IMG/VR virus record: IMGVR_UViG_3300003937_000325
Length of the DNA: 64,000 nt
Direction: 5' to 3' (one strand)
DNA from: a virus
Lineage: Duplodnaviria; Caudoviricetes
The position numbers were made by a program, and so were the translations under genes. Positions 41,501 to 49,059 of the stretch are shown here, piece by piece. The notes beneath the pieces are model-generated. The model saw nothing but the letters and a program-made list of their open reading frames with translations. It was not told the DNA's origin and made no database searches. Numbering within the stretch: position 1 is the stretch's first letter; every line of letters begins with the position of its first letter.

Positions 41501-41756
41501 GTAGATAAGACTTAGCTATATAAGCCGCCTCATACTTAGGTATCTGAGTATTTACAAATTTAGTTGGATTTGTACCACCAAAATAGGATTGGAACTCATC
41601 GTAATTAGTAATGAAAATCGGCTCGAATGCTGGTCCCGAAATTGTTTCACCTACTAACCCAAGAGTTGTTACTCCTACACTTTGTGCTACAAAACTTAAA
41701 TCTCTTTCTGATGTATAAACACCCGGAGATACGAATACTTTGTTAGATGTCGCCAT
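38562..41756 (-). CDS. Contractile tail sheath protein (1064 aa)
   Basis: VSPGVYTSERDLS at the N-terminus. YYPW, LPP, PWFASAG..RG, LNPI, WGNKTLQ, RINVRRL and PTRALEFIDIEF at the C-terminus. Confidence 0.97.
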   Translation of the reverse strand: MATSNKVFVSPGVYTSERDLSFVAQSVGVTTLGLVGETISGPAFEPIFITNYDEFQSYFGGTNPTKFVNTQIPKYEAAYIAKSYLQQSNQLFVTRVLGLSGYDAGPSWSITTIGNLDSSGTTATGQTGPFTVSFSGVSGTSTSVAITNYGGLPASIQGVITDSYTTYTGGESTLQSDMEGYFYSEIVNNANSGQTSYFWGAVDSTTYDNITGVTTTPNYVSNVNVLGVENIQFESIELTDSVNDPWYYALFTESNGVYNGTGFGFGVTTLVNTVGLEYQGTAQVYVTNYTGTPYNDYHDVVVATLRSRGIDTYTSDDGPVYEVSGLTDVNMDCTGVYSEVNTNPFSTFGLSATTANGDNFFFQTSFNVSNSNYLSKVFGKSNFAKPKSEVPLFVEEEYYNLLNTGYRLGRVRGLNCTLTDLPSARQDLGTNTSIGWYLEQYQTPETPYFVSELRGNQVYDMFKVITISDGNAANREVKVSIMNISFNNGTFDVVVRDFFDTDANPVVLEKFTNCTMDINQNSFVAKKIGTSNGEFELRSRFIMLEMNEDAPMDSLPCGFRGYQTRQYSGVKSPFLEYKTKYDTPGEVIWNPPFGAASGTDNETRSSGDRVRRTYLGVSNTAGIDADFLSYKGKQNPTNLATATDSQPWSYLTKGYHMDSGATVILISSNYVTSGETAFEVGDASFDGEPQSESNPYYRLNARKFTVVPSGGFDGWDIYRQYRTNGDRYQLGAAGFRAGAAPSITYPTATGWGAFKQIVGPDKLTWANTDYYAYLWGQYTFNNPESVNINVFTTPGIDYVNNSNLVESAIDMIEQDRADSVYICTTPDYNMFTPSLGNFDTDFIYPEEAVDNLEDTGIDSNYTATYYPWILTRDTVNNTQIYLPPTGEVVRNLALTDNIAFPWFASAGYTRGLVNSVKARKKLTQEDRDTLYQGRLNPIATFSDVGTVIWGNKTLQIKESALDRINVRRLLLQARKLISAVAVRLLFEQNDEQVRQEFLDSVNPILDSIRRDRGLIDFRVTVSNTPEDLDSNTLTGKIYLKPTRALEFIDIEFLITPTGASFEDI

Positions 41757-41890
41757 TGTGTAATTTTTTTCTTAAGTTTTTATTTATAGATAAATATTAG
41801 CAAAAAGATGAAAAAACTATTACATAAAGAGTATATTTATATAGAGTAGGAAAAAATTCTACCTTTTTTCTACTTTTTAAAAAAACATGG

Positions 41891-42040
41891 ATGAGTAAAA
41901 TAAAAAACATAAAAATTTCACCTGAGTCACATAAGACTTTAAAACTATACTGCGAAAAACACGGTTTAAAGATTTATAAATTCTTAGAAAAGTTAATTGA
42001 GGATAATTGTAAAGAAGTTAGAGATATCTACGGAGAGTAA
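41891..42040 (+). CDS. Ribbon-helix-helix DNA-binding protein (49 aa; not in the ORF track)
   Basis: MSKIKNIKISPESHKTLKLYCEKHGLKIYKFLEKLIEDNCKEVRDIYGE: an alternating beta strand, then helix-G-helix as in Arc/MetJ/CopG. TATTTAT at 41834..41840. Confidence 0.75.
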   Translation: MSKIKNIKISPESHKTLKLYCEKHGLKIYKFLEKLIEDNCKEVRDIYGE

Positions 42041-43081
42041 TTATAGAAGTCTAGCTTTAGATTTTAATACTGACTGTTTGGTTATATCTATTTTAACTAC
42101 ATCAATCTTAATCTCATCATTAGTTGATACCTTTATTGTTGCGATATCATCACCAATATAGTTATCATTAATATAAACGGAATAACTATCTACATTAGAC
42201 GTTTCTAATATTGTTAAATCAATTTCATATCTGTAAGTTTCAGTTAAAGATTCTAAACCACTAACAAAAATAATGTCTAAATCAAAATCACTTGGATTCG
42301 AAGGTAATTTCTCAACTCTCTTACCAGTATTAAGTAAATCAACCTCAAATATAGTTGCGGTTCTAGATATTGCAGGAGACACCTCAAACTCTTCTTCATC
42401 TAATAAGAATCCCATCATTAAGAATTCGTAGTTTTGTACGTAGTATTTTCTTTTCTCAAGTTCTAAAACGGATTCGTCAGATGAACTGTTTAATATCATT
42501 GGTATATAGTGACCCTTTATTTCTGTATACGCTTGTCTAGATGAAAATTTCTGTAATACCTTTTTATTAAAGTCATTTAACTCTCTCATTCTATTACAGA
42601 ATATTTTTACATTGTAAGTAATATCTACAGGAACGGGTTGAGGTATTTTATATATGTCCATTCCTTTTCTTTGTCCGTCCCACGTTGGTACTTTAGCGTA
42701 ATAGAATTGTCTTCTATTTGGTATTGTATATTGTAATGATGGATTTGTCCCAAACTTAACATCGGGGTTTCTAACCGTGGCAACAAAAGGGGGTTTAATA
42801 TTTTTATCTAAATCCTGAAAATTCCAAGTCTCAGTAAACTGAGCCCAATTTTGTGTGGTTATAATTAAATCTATATTTTTTATATTCTTCCCGTTTACTG
42901 AAATACCTAATTCGTCTCTAACAAAATCTAACATACCCCTATCTAAATCTGCATGTAAAATGGATTTTGGTAAATAGGTACCATCTTCTTGAATTTGTTC
43001 AAGTAGTTCCTCTCTTCTCTGATGTAAAATTTTATCAGGAGTTAAAGGTAAATATTTTTTTACATTTTTAGGTAGTCCCAT
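42041..43081 (-). CDS. Tail terminator / sheath-stabiliser-like protein (T4 gp15-like)
   Basis: DLDRGMLDFV, IPQPVPVDITYNVKIF...ELND. Located between the neck and sheath genes. Confidence 0.7.
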   Translation of the reverse strand: MGLPKNVKKYLPLTPDKILHQRREELLEQIQEDGTYLPKSILHADLDRGMLDFVRDELGISVNGKNIKNIDLIITTQNWAQFTETWNFQDLDKNIKPPFVATVRNPDVKFGTNPSLQYTIPNRRQFYYAKVPTWDGQRKGMDIYKIPQPVPVDITYNVKIFCNRMRELNDFNKKVLQKFSSRQAYTEIKGHYIPMILNSSSDESVLELEKRKYYVQNYEFLMMGFLLDEEEFEVSPAISRTATIFEVDLLNTGKRVEKLPSNPSDFDLDIIFVSGLESLTETYRYEIDLTILETSNVDSYSVYINDNYIGDDIATIKVSTNDEIKIDVVKIDITKQSVLKSKARLL

Positions 43082-43641
43082 TATTTTACAGTTTCACTTA
43101 TAAAAAATACTTTATTCTTAGAGTTAATCATTTCAACCTCGTTAGCATTGTAAATTGGTTCCTCACCATCTTTTCTAACGAATGAGTCATACTTATACGG
43201 ATTATACGTTATCACATTCTCATTTGGCTCATCAGGTAAGTTTTCACACGGAAACGTACAAAAATCCATTAAAGTTCCAATCACAAAGGCATGTACATTT
43301 TTTCTCATTTCATCTCTTACTTTTTCTTTACCTCCTTGTCGTACTCTAAATTCAACATCTTTTAATTTAACATAATCGGCATACATTACAATTTTATTTT
43401 TATATGATACTGAAAATGTGTGTTTATGTAAGTTATAGTATACCATAACTTTTTTACCTATATAATTAACTTCTTGATTATCGTTACCACATTTATGACA
43501 GATATACGGGTCGTGGCCACCGTCACTTAAATCCCAAGACCACCCACAATCATCACACACAACTTTTTCACCTTCAATACCTTCACACATATGTGACATA
43601 CGGGTTTTAATAAAATTTATTTCTTTTAGTAATTTTTTCAT
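43081..43641 (-). CDS. Hypothetical protein with a CxxC...CxxC zinc ribbon (186 aa)
   Basis: CDDCG...CHKCG followed by a YYNLHK...KNVHAFVIG...TYNPYKYDSF domain. Confidence 0.8.
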   Translation of the reverse strand: MKKLLKEINFIKTRMSHMCEGIEGEKVVCDDCGWSWDLSDGGHDPYICHKCGNDNQEVNYIGKKVMVYYNLHKHTFSVSYKNKIVMYADYVKLKDVEFRVRQGGKEKVRDEMRKNVHAFVIGTLMDFCTFPCENLPDEPNENVITYNPYKYDSFVRKDGEEPIYNANEVEMINSKNKVFFISETVK

Positions 43642-44153
43642 ATTCCTCTAAATTCCCCGTCATTAACAGGTGCCGCAATTATACTTCGGTAAAATGGTTT
43701 ATACCCACCATAAGTATGTTTATTGTCGCTAACAACACGACCATCATTAACAACAGAGTAATACCTTACTCGGTCCTCAGTTTCATAATAACCTAAATAA
43801 TCGCCATAATCGATGTCAATATTTAACTCGTCTAACGCGTCTTGGTAAACACCAACCTTTAAGTTACCTGGTTCTAATTGTGATAAATTAGCATTAGAAT
43901 AATTTTGATTTTCAGGTGTCTCGATAGTTACGTATCCTTTAAATTCAACAGGAGGTAAAAACTGTATTCCGTCCTCTAAAGATTCTCCATACACATCATC
44001 GGTTTTAGTTTTTTGTCTATCGACCTTATATAGAACAACGGTGAAATGCATATCACCTTCAAGCCATTCACGACCCATATTTTGTTCTAATCCAAAATCC
44101 TCGGAACCGAAAAACTTTTCTAAACGCGTTATTGGTATCTTTCTATTACTCAT
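43638..44153 (-). CDS. Neck / head-completion protein (T4 gp14-like)
   Basis: DDVYGES...FLPPVE and IDYGDY.GY, with the expected position and size. Confidence 0.7.
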   Translation of the reverse strand: MSNRKIPITRLEKFFGSEDFGLEQNMGREWLEGDMHFTVVLYKVDRQKTKTDDVYGESLEDGIQFLPPVEFKGYVTIETPENQNYSNANLSQLEPGNLKVGVYQDALDELNIDIDYGDYLGYYETEDRVRYYSVVNDGRVVSDNKHTYGGYKPFYRSIIAAPVNDGEFRGI

Positions 44154-44156
44154 ATA

Positions 44157-44185
44157 TTGATAAATAGTTAGTTTATAGTTATATT
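44157..44185 (+). promoter_or_regulatory. sigma70-like promoter for the SNF2 helicase, overlapping the divergent TATTTAT motif (44160..44166, minus strand)
   Basis: TTGATA-17 nt-TATATT ending 14 nt before ATG 44200. Confidence 0.6.
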
Positions 44186-44199
44186 ATAAATATTAGATT

Positions 44200-45963
44200 A
44201 TGGAAAGTAATAAAGATAAATTATCTAAGATACCTGAAGTTAGGGCGCAACGTACATTAGAAGTATACGATGGGTTCAATAATTATATACAATCTATTCA
44301 AAAAAAATTTAAAGAACAAAAACATTTTAAATTAACAAGGGCTCAAGCCGACTACATCAATAGTTATCATGAGTTAGTCCCTAAAATAGCCAGAAAGTGG
44401 GTGGACTTAGATAGTTACTTCGGTAAGAAGATGATGGAAGATAAACTTCTTACAAAAGTACCTGAAAAAGTTTACATTGAAAAACTTTTGGTCGAAAAAG
44501 ATAAATCTTTTCACATATGGGGTAAAATATTTGAAAATGAAAAATTACATTCATTTTGGTTACCTCGTGTTGCACTAATAAAATCACAGGAAATTGAAAA
44601 GGTTCAAATAGATTATACTAAATACTCTCATAGACCTCCGTTAGAACATCAAATAGAATCTATTGAAAAATTAGCGAGTCATAAGAAATATATCTTAGCT
44701 GATGATATGGGGTTAGGTAAGACTACCTCAACCGTCATTGCTGCTTTAGAGTCGGGAGCCGAAAGAGTATTAATTGTTTGTCCAGCATCTTTAAAAATTA
44801 ATTGGAAACGTGAAATTCAAAATTATACCGAAAAAAGCATATCAATAGTCGAAGGTAAGAAATGGGAAAGTGCCGATTTTGTTATTATTAACTATGACAT
44901 ATTAAAGAATTTTCATGATATAAAAAACAAAGAAGAATCAATAATATTGCAAGAAGGGTTTGATTTAGTTGTTGTCGATGAGGCACATTACATTCAAAAT
45001 GTTCAAGCAAAAAGAACTAAATTAATTAACGACATAATAAATTCAATAGGTAAGGTATGGTTACTAACGGGTACTCCAATGACATCAAGACCAATTAATT
45101 ATTATAATTTATTAAATTTAGTAGAATCACCTGTGGCTTATAATTGGATGGCGTACGTAATTAGGTACTGCGAAGGTTATCAATTTAATGTGGGTAATCG
45201 TAAAGTGTGGAACGTAAATGGGGCGTCTAACTTATTAGAGTTAAGAGATAGAACCAAAACGCATGTTCTTAGAAGATTAAAACAGGATATTTTAGATTTA
45301 CCTGATAAGATTATCACTCCCGTTTATTTAAATTTAAAATCTAAAGAGTATATGGCACTTATGGGTGAATACTACGATTGGATGGAGGATGATAGGGAGA
45401 AAAAATCATTAACCGTACAATTTTCTATGTTAATGAAAGTCAGACAAATAATTGCCGAAAATAAAATAAAAGAAACTTGTGAGTTAGTTGAAAACATTAT
45501 TGAACAAGGAAAGAAAGTAATTGTCTTTACCAACTTTACTGACACACTAAATAGAATTGCGGACCACTTTGGTAAAAAGGCAGTTAAATTAGACGGTAAG
45601 ATGAGTAAAGTTGCTCGTCAAAACTCTGTAGACCAATTTCAAGAAAATGATAAAATAAAAGTTTTTGTTGGTAACTTAAAAGCTGCAGGTGTTGGTATAA
45701 CTCTTACCGCAGCAGAGGCAGTAGTTATGAATGATTTATCATTTGTTCCTTCTGACCATTCACAAGCCGAAGACAGAGCGTATAGATACGGACAAAAATC
45801 TAATGTTTCTGTATTCTACCCAATTTTTGAAAACTCAATAGAAGGTATCATATATGATATTTTATCTAATAAGAAAAATATTTTTGAAACGGTTATGGGT
45901 GATAATGAGGAGAGAGGGGACATAATGGAACAAATTATTAATGAAATATCAGTTAGAAGATAA
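44200..45963 (+). CDS. SNF2/SWI2-family SF2 helicase
   Basis: LADDMGLGKT, VCPASL..NW, INYD, VVDEAH, LLTGTP..RP, LRRLK, GVGITLT and QAEDRAYRYGQ. Confidence 0.95.
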   Translation: MESNKDKLSKIPEVRAQRTLEVYDGFNNYIQSIQKKFKEQKHFKLTRAQADYINSYHELVPKIARKWVDLDSYFGKKMMEDKLLTKVPEKVYIEKLLVEKDKSFHIWGKIFENEKLHSFWLPRVALIKSQEIEKVQIDYTKYSHRPPLEHQIESIEKLASHKKYILADDMGLGKTTSTVIAALESGAERVLIVCPASLKINWKREIQNYTEKSISIVEGKKWESADFVIINYDILKNFHDIKNKEESIILQEGFDLVVVDEAHYIQNVQAKRTKLINDIINSIGKVWLLTGTPMTSRPINYYNLLNLVESPVAYNWMAYVIRYCEGYQFNVGNRKVWNVNGASNLLELRDRTKTHVLRRLKQDILDLPDKIITPVYLNLKSKEYMALMGEYYDWMEDDREKKSLTVQFSMLMKVRQIIAENKIKETCELVENIIEQGKKVIVFTNFTDTLNRIADHFGKKAVKLDGKMSKVARQNSVDQFQENDKIKVFVGNLKAAGVGITLTAAEAVVMNDLSFVPSDHSQAEDRAYRYGQKSNVSVFYPIFENSIEGIIYDILSNKKNIFETVMGDNEERGDIMEQIINEISVRR

Positions 45964-46001
45964 AAAATTATAATTAACCATTATTTATAATAAAAAAATA
46001 A

Positions 46002-47564
46002 ATGAAGTTCAAAAGATTAATAAATAAAATCTCAACGATTGAACATAAAATTAATAGCCGAGAAAAGTTAACAGAAGTTAACGTTAATATCTCGCACACT
46101 CCCAAACAAATTTTAACAGAAATGAAAAAAATTGGTATAGAAACATTACCGTACTCTTATTCTGCCTTAGAGAGATTTATAGATTCAGAAACTATGGATA
46201 CTCACTATAACAAACATTATAAAGGATACGTTAAGAAATTAAATAATGCATTGTCGAGTAGAGTTGACGGTAACATTGAATTAGAACAATTAATAAGAGG
46301 TATTTCACGATACAATAAAACAATTAGAGACAATGCGGGCGGAGCATTTAACCACGCACTTTTTTGGAAAATAATGTCACCCAAAAAACAAAGAGCTCAA
46401 GGTGAAATTTATGACAAAATAATTAAGGATTTTGGTAATTTTCCTAAATTCAAAAAAATATTTAGTAATGAGGCAATAAAAAACTTTGGTTCAGGATGGA
46501 CTTGGTTAGTCTTAACTAAGAATGGTAAATTAAAAATAATGTCCACCCCAAATCAAGACAACCCATTAATGAATGTGGTTAAAAATGGTGGATACCCATT
46601 ATTGTGTTTAGATACATGGGAACATGCTTATTACTTGAAATACCGTAATAAGAGAGATGAATATGTTAGAAATTTTTGGACAATAATCAATTGGGATTAT
46701 GTTAATGAATTATATTTAAATCAAACATCAAAAAAACTAACTGAAACGAAGATAGTTAAAAGTATTATTTCTGAAGGTGCGAGTGCAGGATGTAATAGAA
46801 ATCAAGTACAGACGTACCGCAGATTATTTAATACTAATCCTGAGATAAAAAAACGTTTTATGTATACGATAATGGATATACTAAAAGAAGTATTTTCAGA
46901 ATATTGGTATGAAAAAAACAAATACTCTAAAGGTCAAATGTCAGGGATTTATGATTATGAACAAAAAGGTCGCTCAGTGATTAATAAGTTAAATACCAAC
47001 TACACAGCTTTTTGTACATTAGTGAGTGACACAAATAAATATTTAAGAAAATATGGTATTGATGCAATTAATTTTAATGATAAAAATCACAAACAACAAC
47101 TAACTGAAGTTGATAGACTTAACAAATATTTGATAGAATTAAGGTACTCTATTTTTAACGCAGATTCACCAACGTTTAAAACTCTAATGTCTGGTTTAGA
47201 TAAAACAAATAAGTTTGGAGATAAAAGAGAGGTTGACGCTGTTGTAAGTTTAAAAAAAATATTTAACACTTCTGATGTCAAAAAAGTTGGGGAACTAGGT
47301 GACGTAGATGATATGATTAAAGGTATAGACGCAGTCGTCACATTACCTGAAGGTACTAAAACAATACAAATTAAACCATTTAATCGTATTAATAAAAAAG
47401 ACGGTAAAGTTATTGTTTACGGTACAGGAAACGTTAAACCCTATAAAACGGATTATTTAGTTTTTCATAGTGATAAGTTAGGAACTGAAGTTTTTGAGAA
47501 TAAAAATACTAAAATAGTTAACGGAAGATACGTTTTTAACGAGTCATCACAATATATTAATTAA
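46002..47564 (+). CDS. sodA: Fe/Mn superoxide dismutase (Mn-type signature) fused to a C-terminal PD-(D/E)XK-like domain
   Basis: LPYSYSALE, HYNKH, NAGGAFNH, FGSGW, PNQD and DTWEHAYY. Then about 270 extra aa containing E...GID...IQIK. Confidence 0.9.
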   Translation: MKFKRLINKISTIEHKINSREKLTEVNVNISHTPKQILTEMKKIGIETLPYSYSALERFIDSETMDTHYNKHYKGYVKKLNNALSSRVDGNIELEQLIRGISRYNKTIRDNAGGAFNHALFWKIMSPKKQRAQGEIYDKIIKDFGNFPKFKKIFSNEAIKNFGSGWTWLVLTKNGKLKIMSTPNQDNPLMNVVKNGGYPLLCLDTWEHAYYLKYRNKRDEYVRNFWTIINWDYVNELYLNQTSKKLTETKIVKSIISEGASAGCNRNQVQTYRRLFNTNPEIKKRFMYTIMDILKEVFSEYWYEKNKYSKGQMSGIYDYEQKGRSVINKLNTNYTAFCTLVSDTNKYLRKYGIDAINFNDKNHKQQLTEVDRLNKYLIELRYSIFNADSPTFKTLMSGLDKTNKFGDKREVDAVVSLKKIFNTSDVKKVGELGDVDDMIKGIDAVVTLPEGTKTIQIKPFNRINKKDGKVIVYGTGNVKPYKTDYLVFHSDKLGTEVFENKNTKIVNGRYVFNESSQYIN

Positions 47565-47605
47565 AGAAATGTAGTTTTCTGAATATTTATTAAGAAAACA
47601 CACAT

Positions 47606-48718
47606 ATGTCAGTAATAGTTGAACCACAAAGAACAAAACTTTATACCCGTGTAAAACACCTATTAGGTGCACCAATACGTAGTATTGAAATAGAAGATGA
47701 AATGATGGACTCTTTATTAGAGTTATCTATTCAGGATTACGCTCAATATGTGAATGATTGGTTAATAGAGTCTCAATGGACATCACTTTACGGTATGAAC
47801 TTAGATGAACAATCTGTCACAAGAGCATTCACTACTCGTTCATTAGACTGGGAAACTCAATACACCTATTCTTATTCTAAAATAGTTGGACTTCAAGCCG
47901 GTGGAGACTCAGTACTCAAAAAAGATTATATCGACTTAAAAACAAACCAACAAATTTATGAAATACCAGCAGGTAGAGAATTAAATGAATTATTATGGTT
48001 TTCAAGAGCAGAATTAGACGCAGCCTTTTTCGACCCATTTATGGGTGGATTTGGAGGTATGGGTGGTGTAGGTTTAGGTGGTGGTGCCGGATTTTCACAA
48101 ATGGGACAAACAGGTAATTACATGATAACACCCGCTTTTGACATTTTACTTAGAATGCAAGACATAAATTTAAAACGAAGACTTATTGGTGGTGAATTAA
48201 CGTATAGAGTAACTGCGTTACCTGAAGGAAAAAAAGCCGTACATCTTTATAATGTCCCTGGAGGTAAATTTGATTTTGGTACAATAGAAAATAACGAATA
48301 TAGAGTATGGTATTGGTATTACGAAACTAATGATAGGGAAGATTGTTTAGCTAAAAACCCTGATGTAGTGAGACTACCTTCTGATATTCCAATTGATGAA
48401 ATGTTATGGGCAGAACTAAATAATCCAGCACAAGCTTGGGTTAGAAAGTGGTTTGTTGCTTATGTTAAAGAAACTTTAGGACGTGTAAGAGGTAAATTTA
48501 GTGGTAATTTAAAAACTCCAGATTCTGAAGTAACAATGGATTACGATTCTTTACTCACTGAAGCTAAAGACGAAAAGAGTAAATTAATGGAAGAATTAAT
48601 GAATCGATTAGAAAGGTTAAGACCTGATAAGATGATGGAAAGAGAAGCTAATTTAGCTGAAAATTTAAATAAATCATTACAATACAGAGCGTTACCGAGA
48701 CAAATGTACGTAATTTAA
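47606..48718 (+). CDS. Neck / head-tail adaptor protein (T4 gp13-like)
   Basis: RVKHLLGAP...IEIEDE and WVRKW...KETLGRVRGKF. TATTTAT lies upstream. Confidence 0.75.
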   Translation: MSVIVEPQRTKLYTRVKHLLGAPIRSIEIEDEMMDSLLELSIQDYAQYVNDWLIESQWTSLYGMNLDEQSVTRAFTTRSLDWETQYTYSYSKIVGLQAGGDSVLKKDYIDLKTNQQIYEIPAGRELNELLWFSRAELDAAFFDPFMGGFGGMGGVGLGGGAGFSQMGQTGNYMITPAFDILLRMQDINLKRRLIGGELTYRVTALPEGKKAVHLYNVPGGKFDFGTIENNEYRVWYWYYETNDREDCLAKNPDVVRLPSDIPIDEMLWAELNNPAQAWVRKWFVAYVKETLGRVRGKFSGNLKTPDSEVTMDYDSLLTEAKDEKSKLMEELMNRLERLRPDKMMEREANLAENLNKSLQYRALPRQMYVI

Positions 48719-48720
48719 CT

Positions 48721-49059
48721 ATGGGAATTATAAAAACACGACCGATTAAAAAAATTATTAATGGTAAAGAAACTATTTTTTCTGAAACTATTATGGTAAT
48801 TAATATGCCTTTTTATAAGACAAATGGTGAGAGCGCTATTGTGGTTAAAAATAGTAATTCAGAATGTGTCATTTTATTAGATGAAACCACCACAGAACAT
48901 ATTACCGTAAAATCTATGTCAGACTCTATAGTAAAAACAGACAAACTAATCGATGAACAATATGAAGAAATTAGACTCGAAAAGTTTGCCTCTGTTGAAC
49001 TAAGATATATAAATAACTACTGGTACGTTATGTCTTCTGATGGTCTAAAGAATTCATAA
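48721..49059 (+). CDS. Hypothetical small beta-rich protein (112 aa)
   Basis: Follows the neck gene after 2 nt. Its 3' end overlaps the convergent polymerase gene by 32 nt. Confidence 0.75.
   Translation: MGIIKTRPIKKIINGKETIFSETIMVINMPFYKTNGESAIVVKNSNSECVILLDETTTEHITVKSMSDSIVKTDKLIDEQYEEIRLEKFASVELRYINNYWYVMSSDGLKNS

Noticed and set aside
1165-47341. Numerous short ORFs in the track opposite or nested in long genes (e.g. 1165..1404, 8542..8775, 15355..15663, 16206..16406, 40574..40774, 47087..47341)
   Set aside because: They overlap well-supported genes entirely, have no recognisable motifs, and are expected by chance in this sequence.
49028-49059. 32-nt convergent overlap between the 112-aa gene and polB
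   Set aside because: Short tail-to-tail overlaps are common in compact phage genomes, and there is no further sign of antisense regulation.
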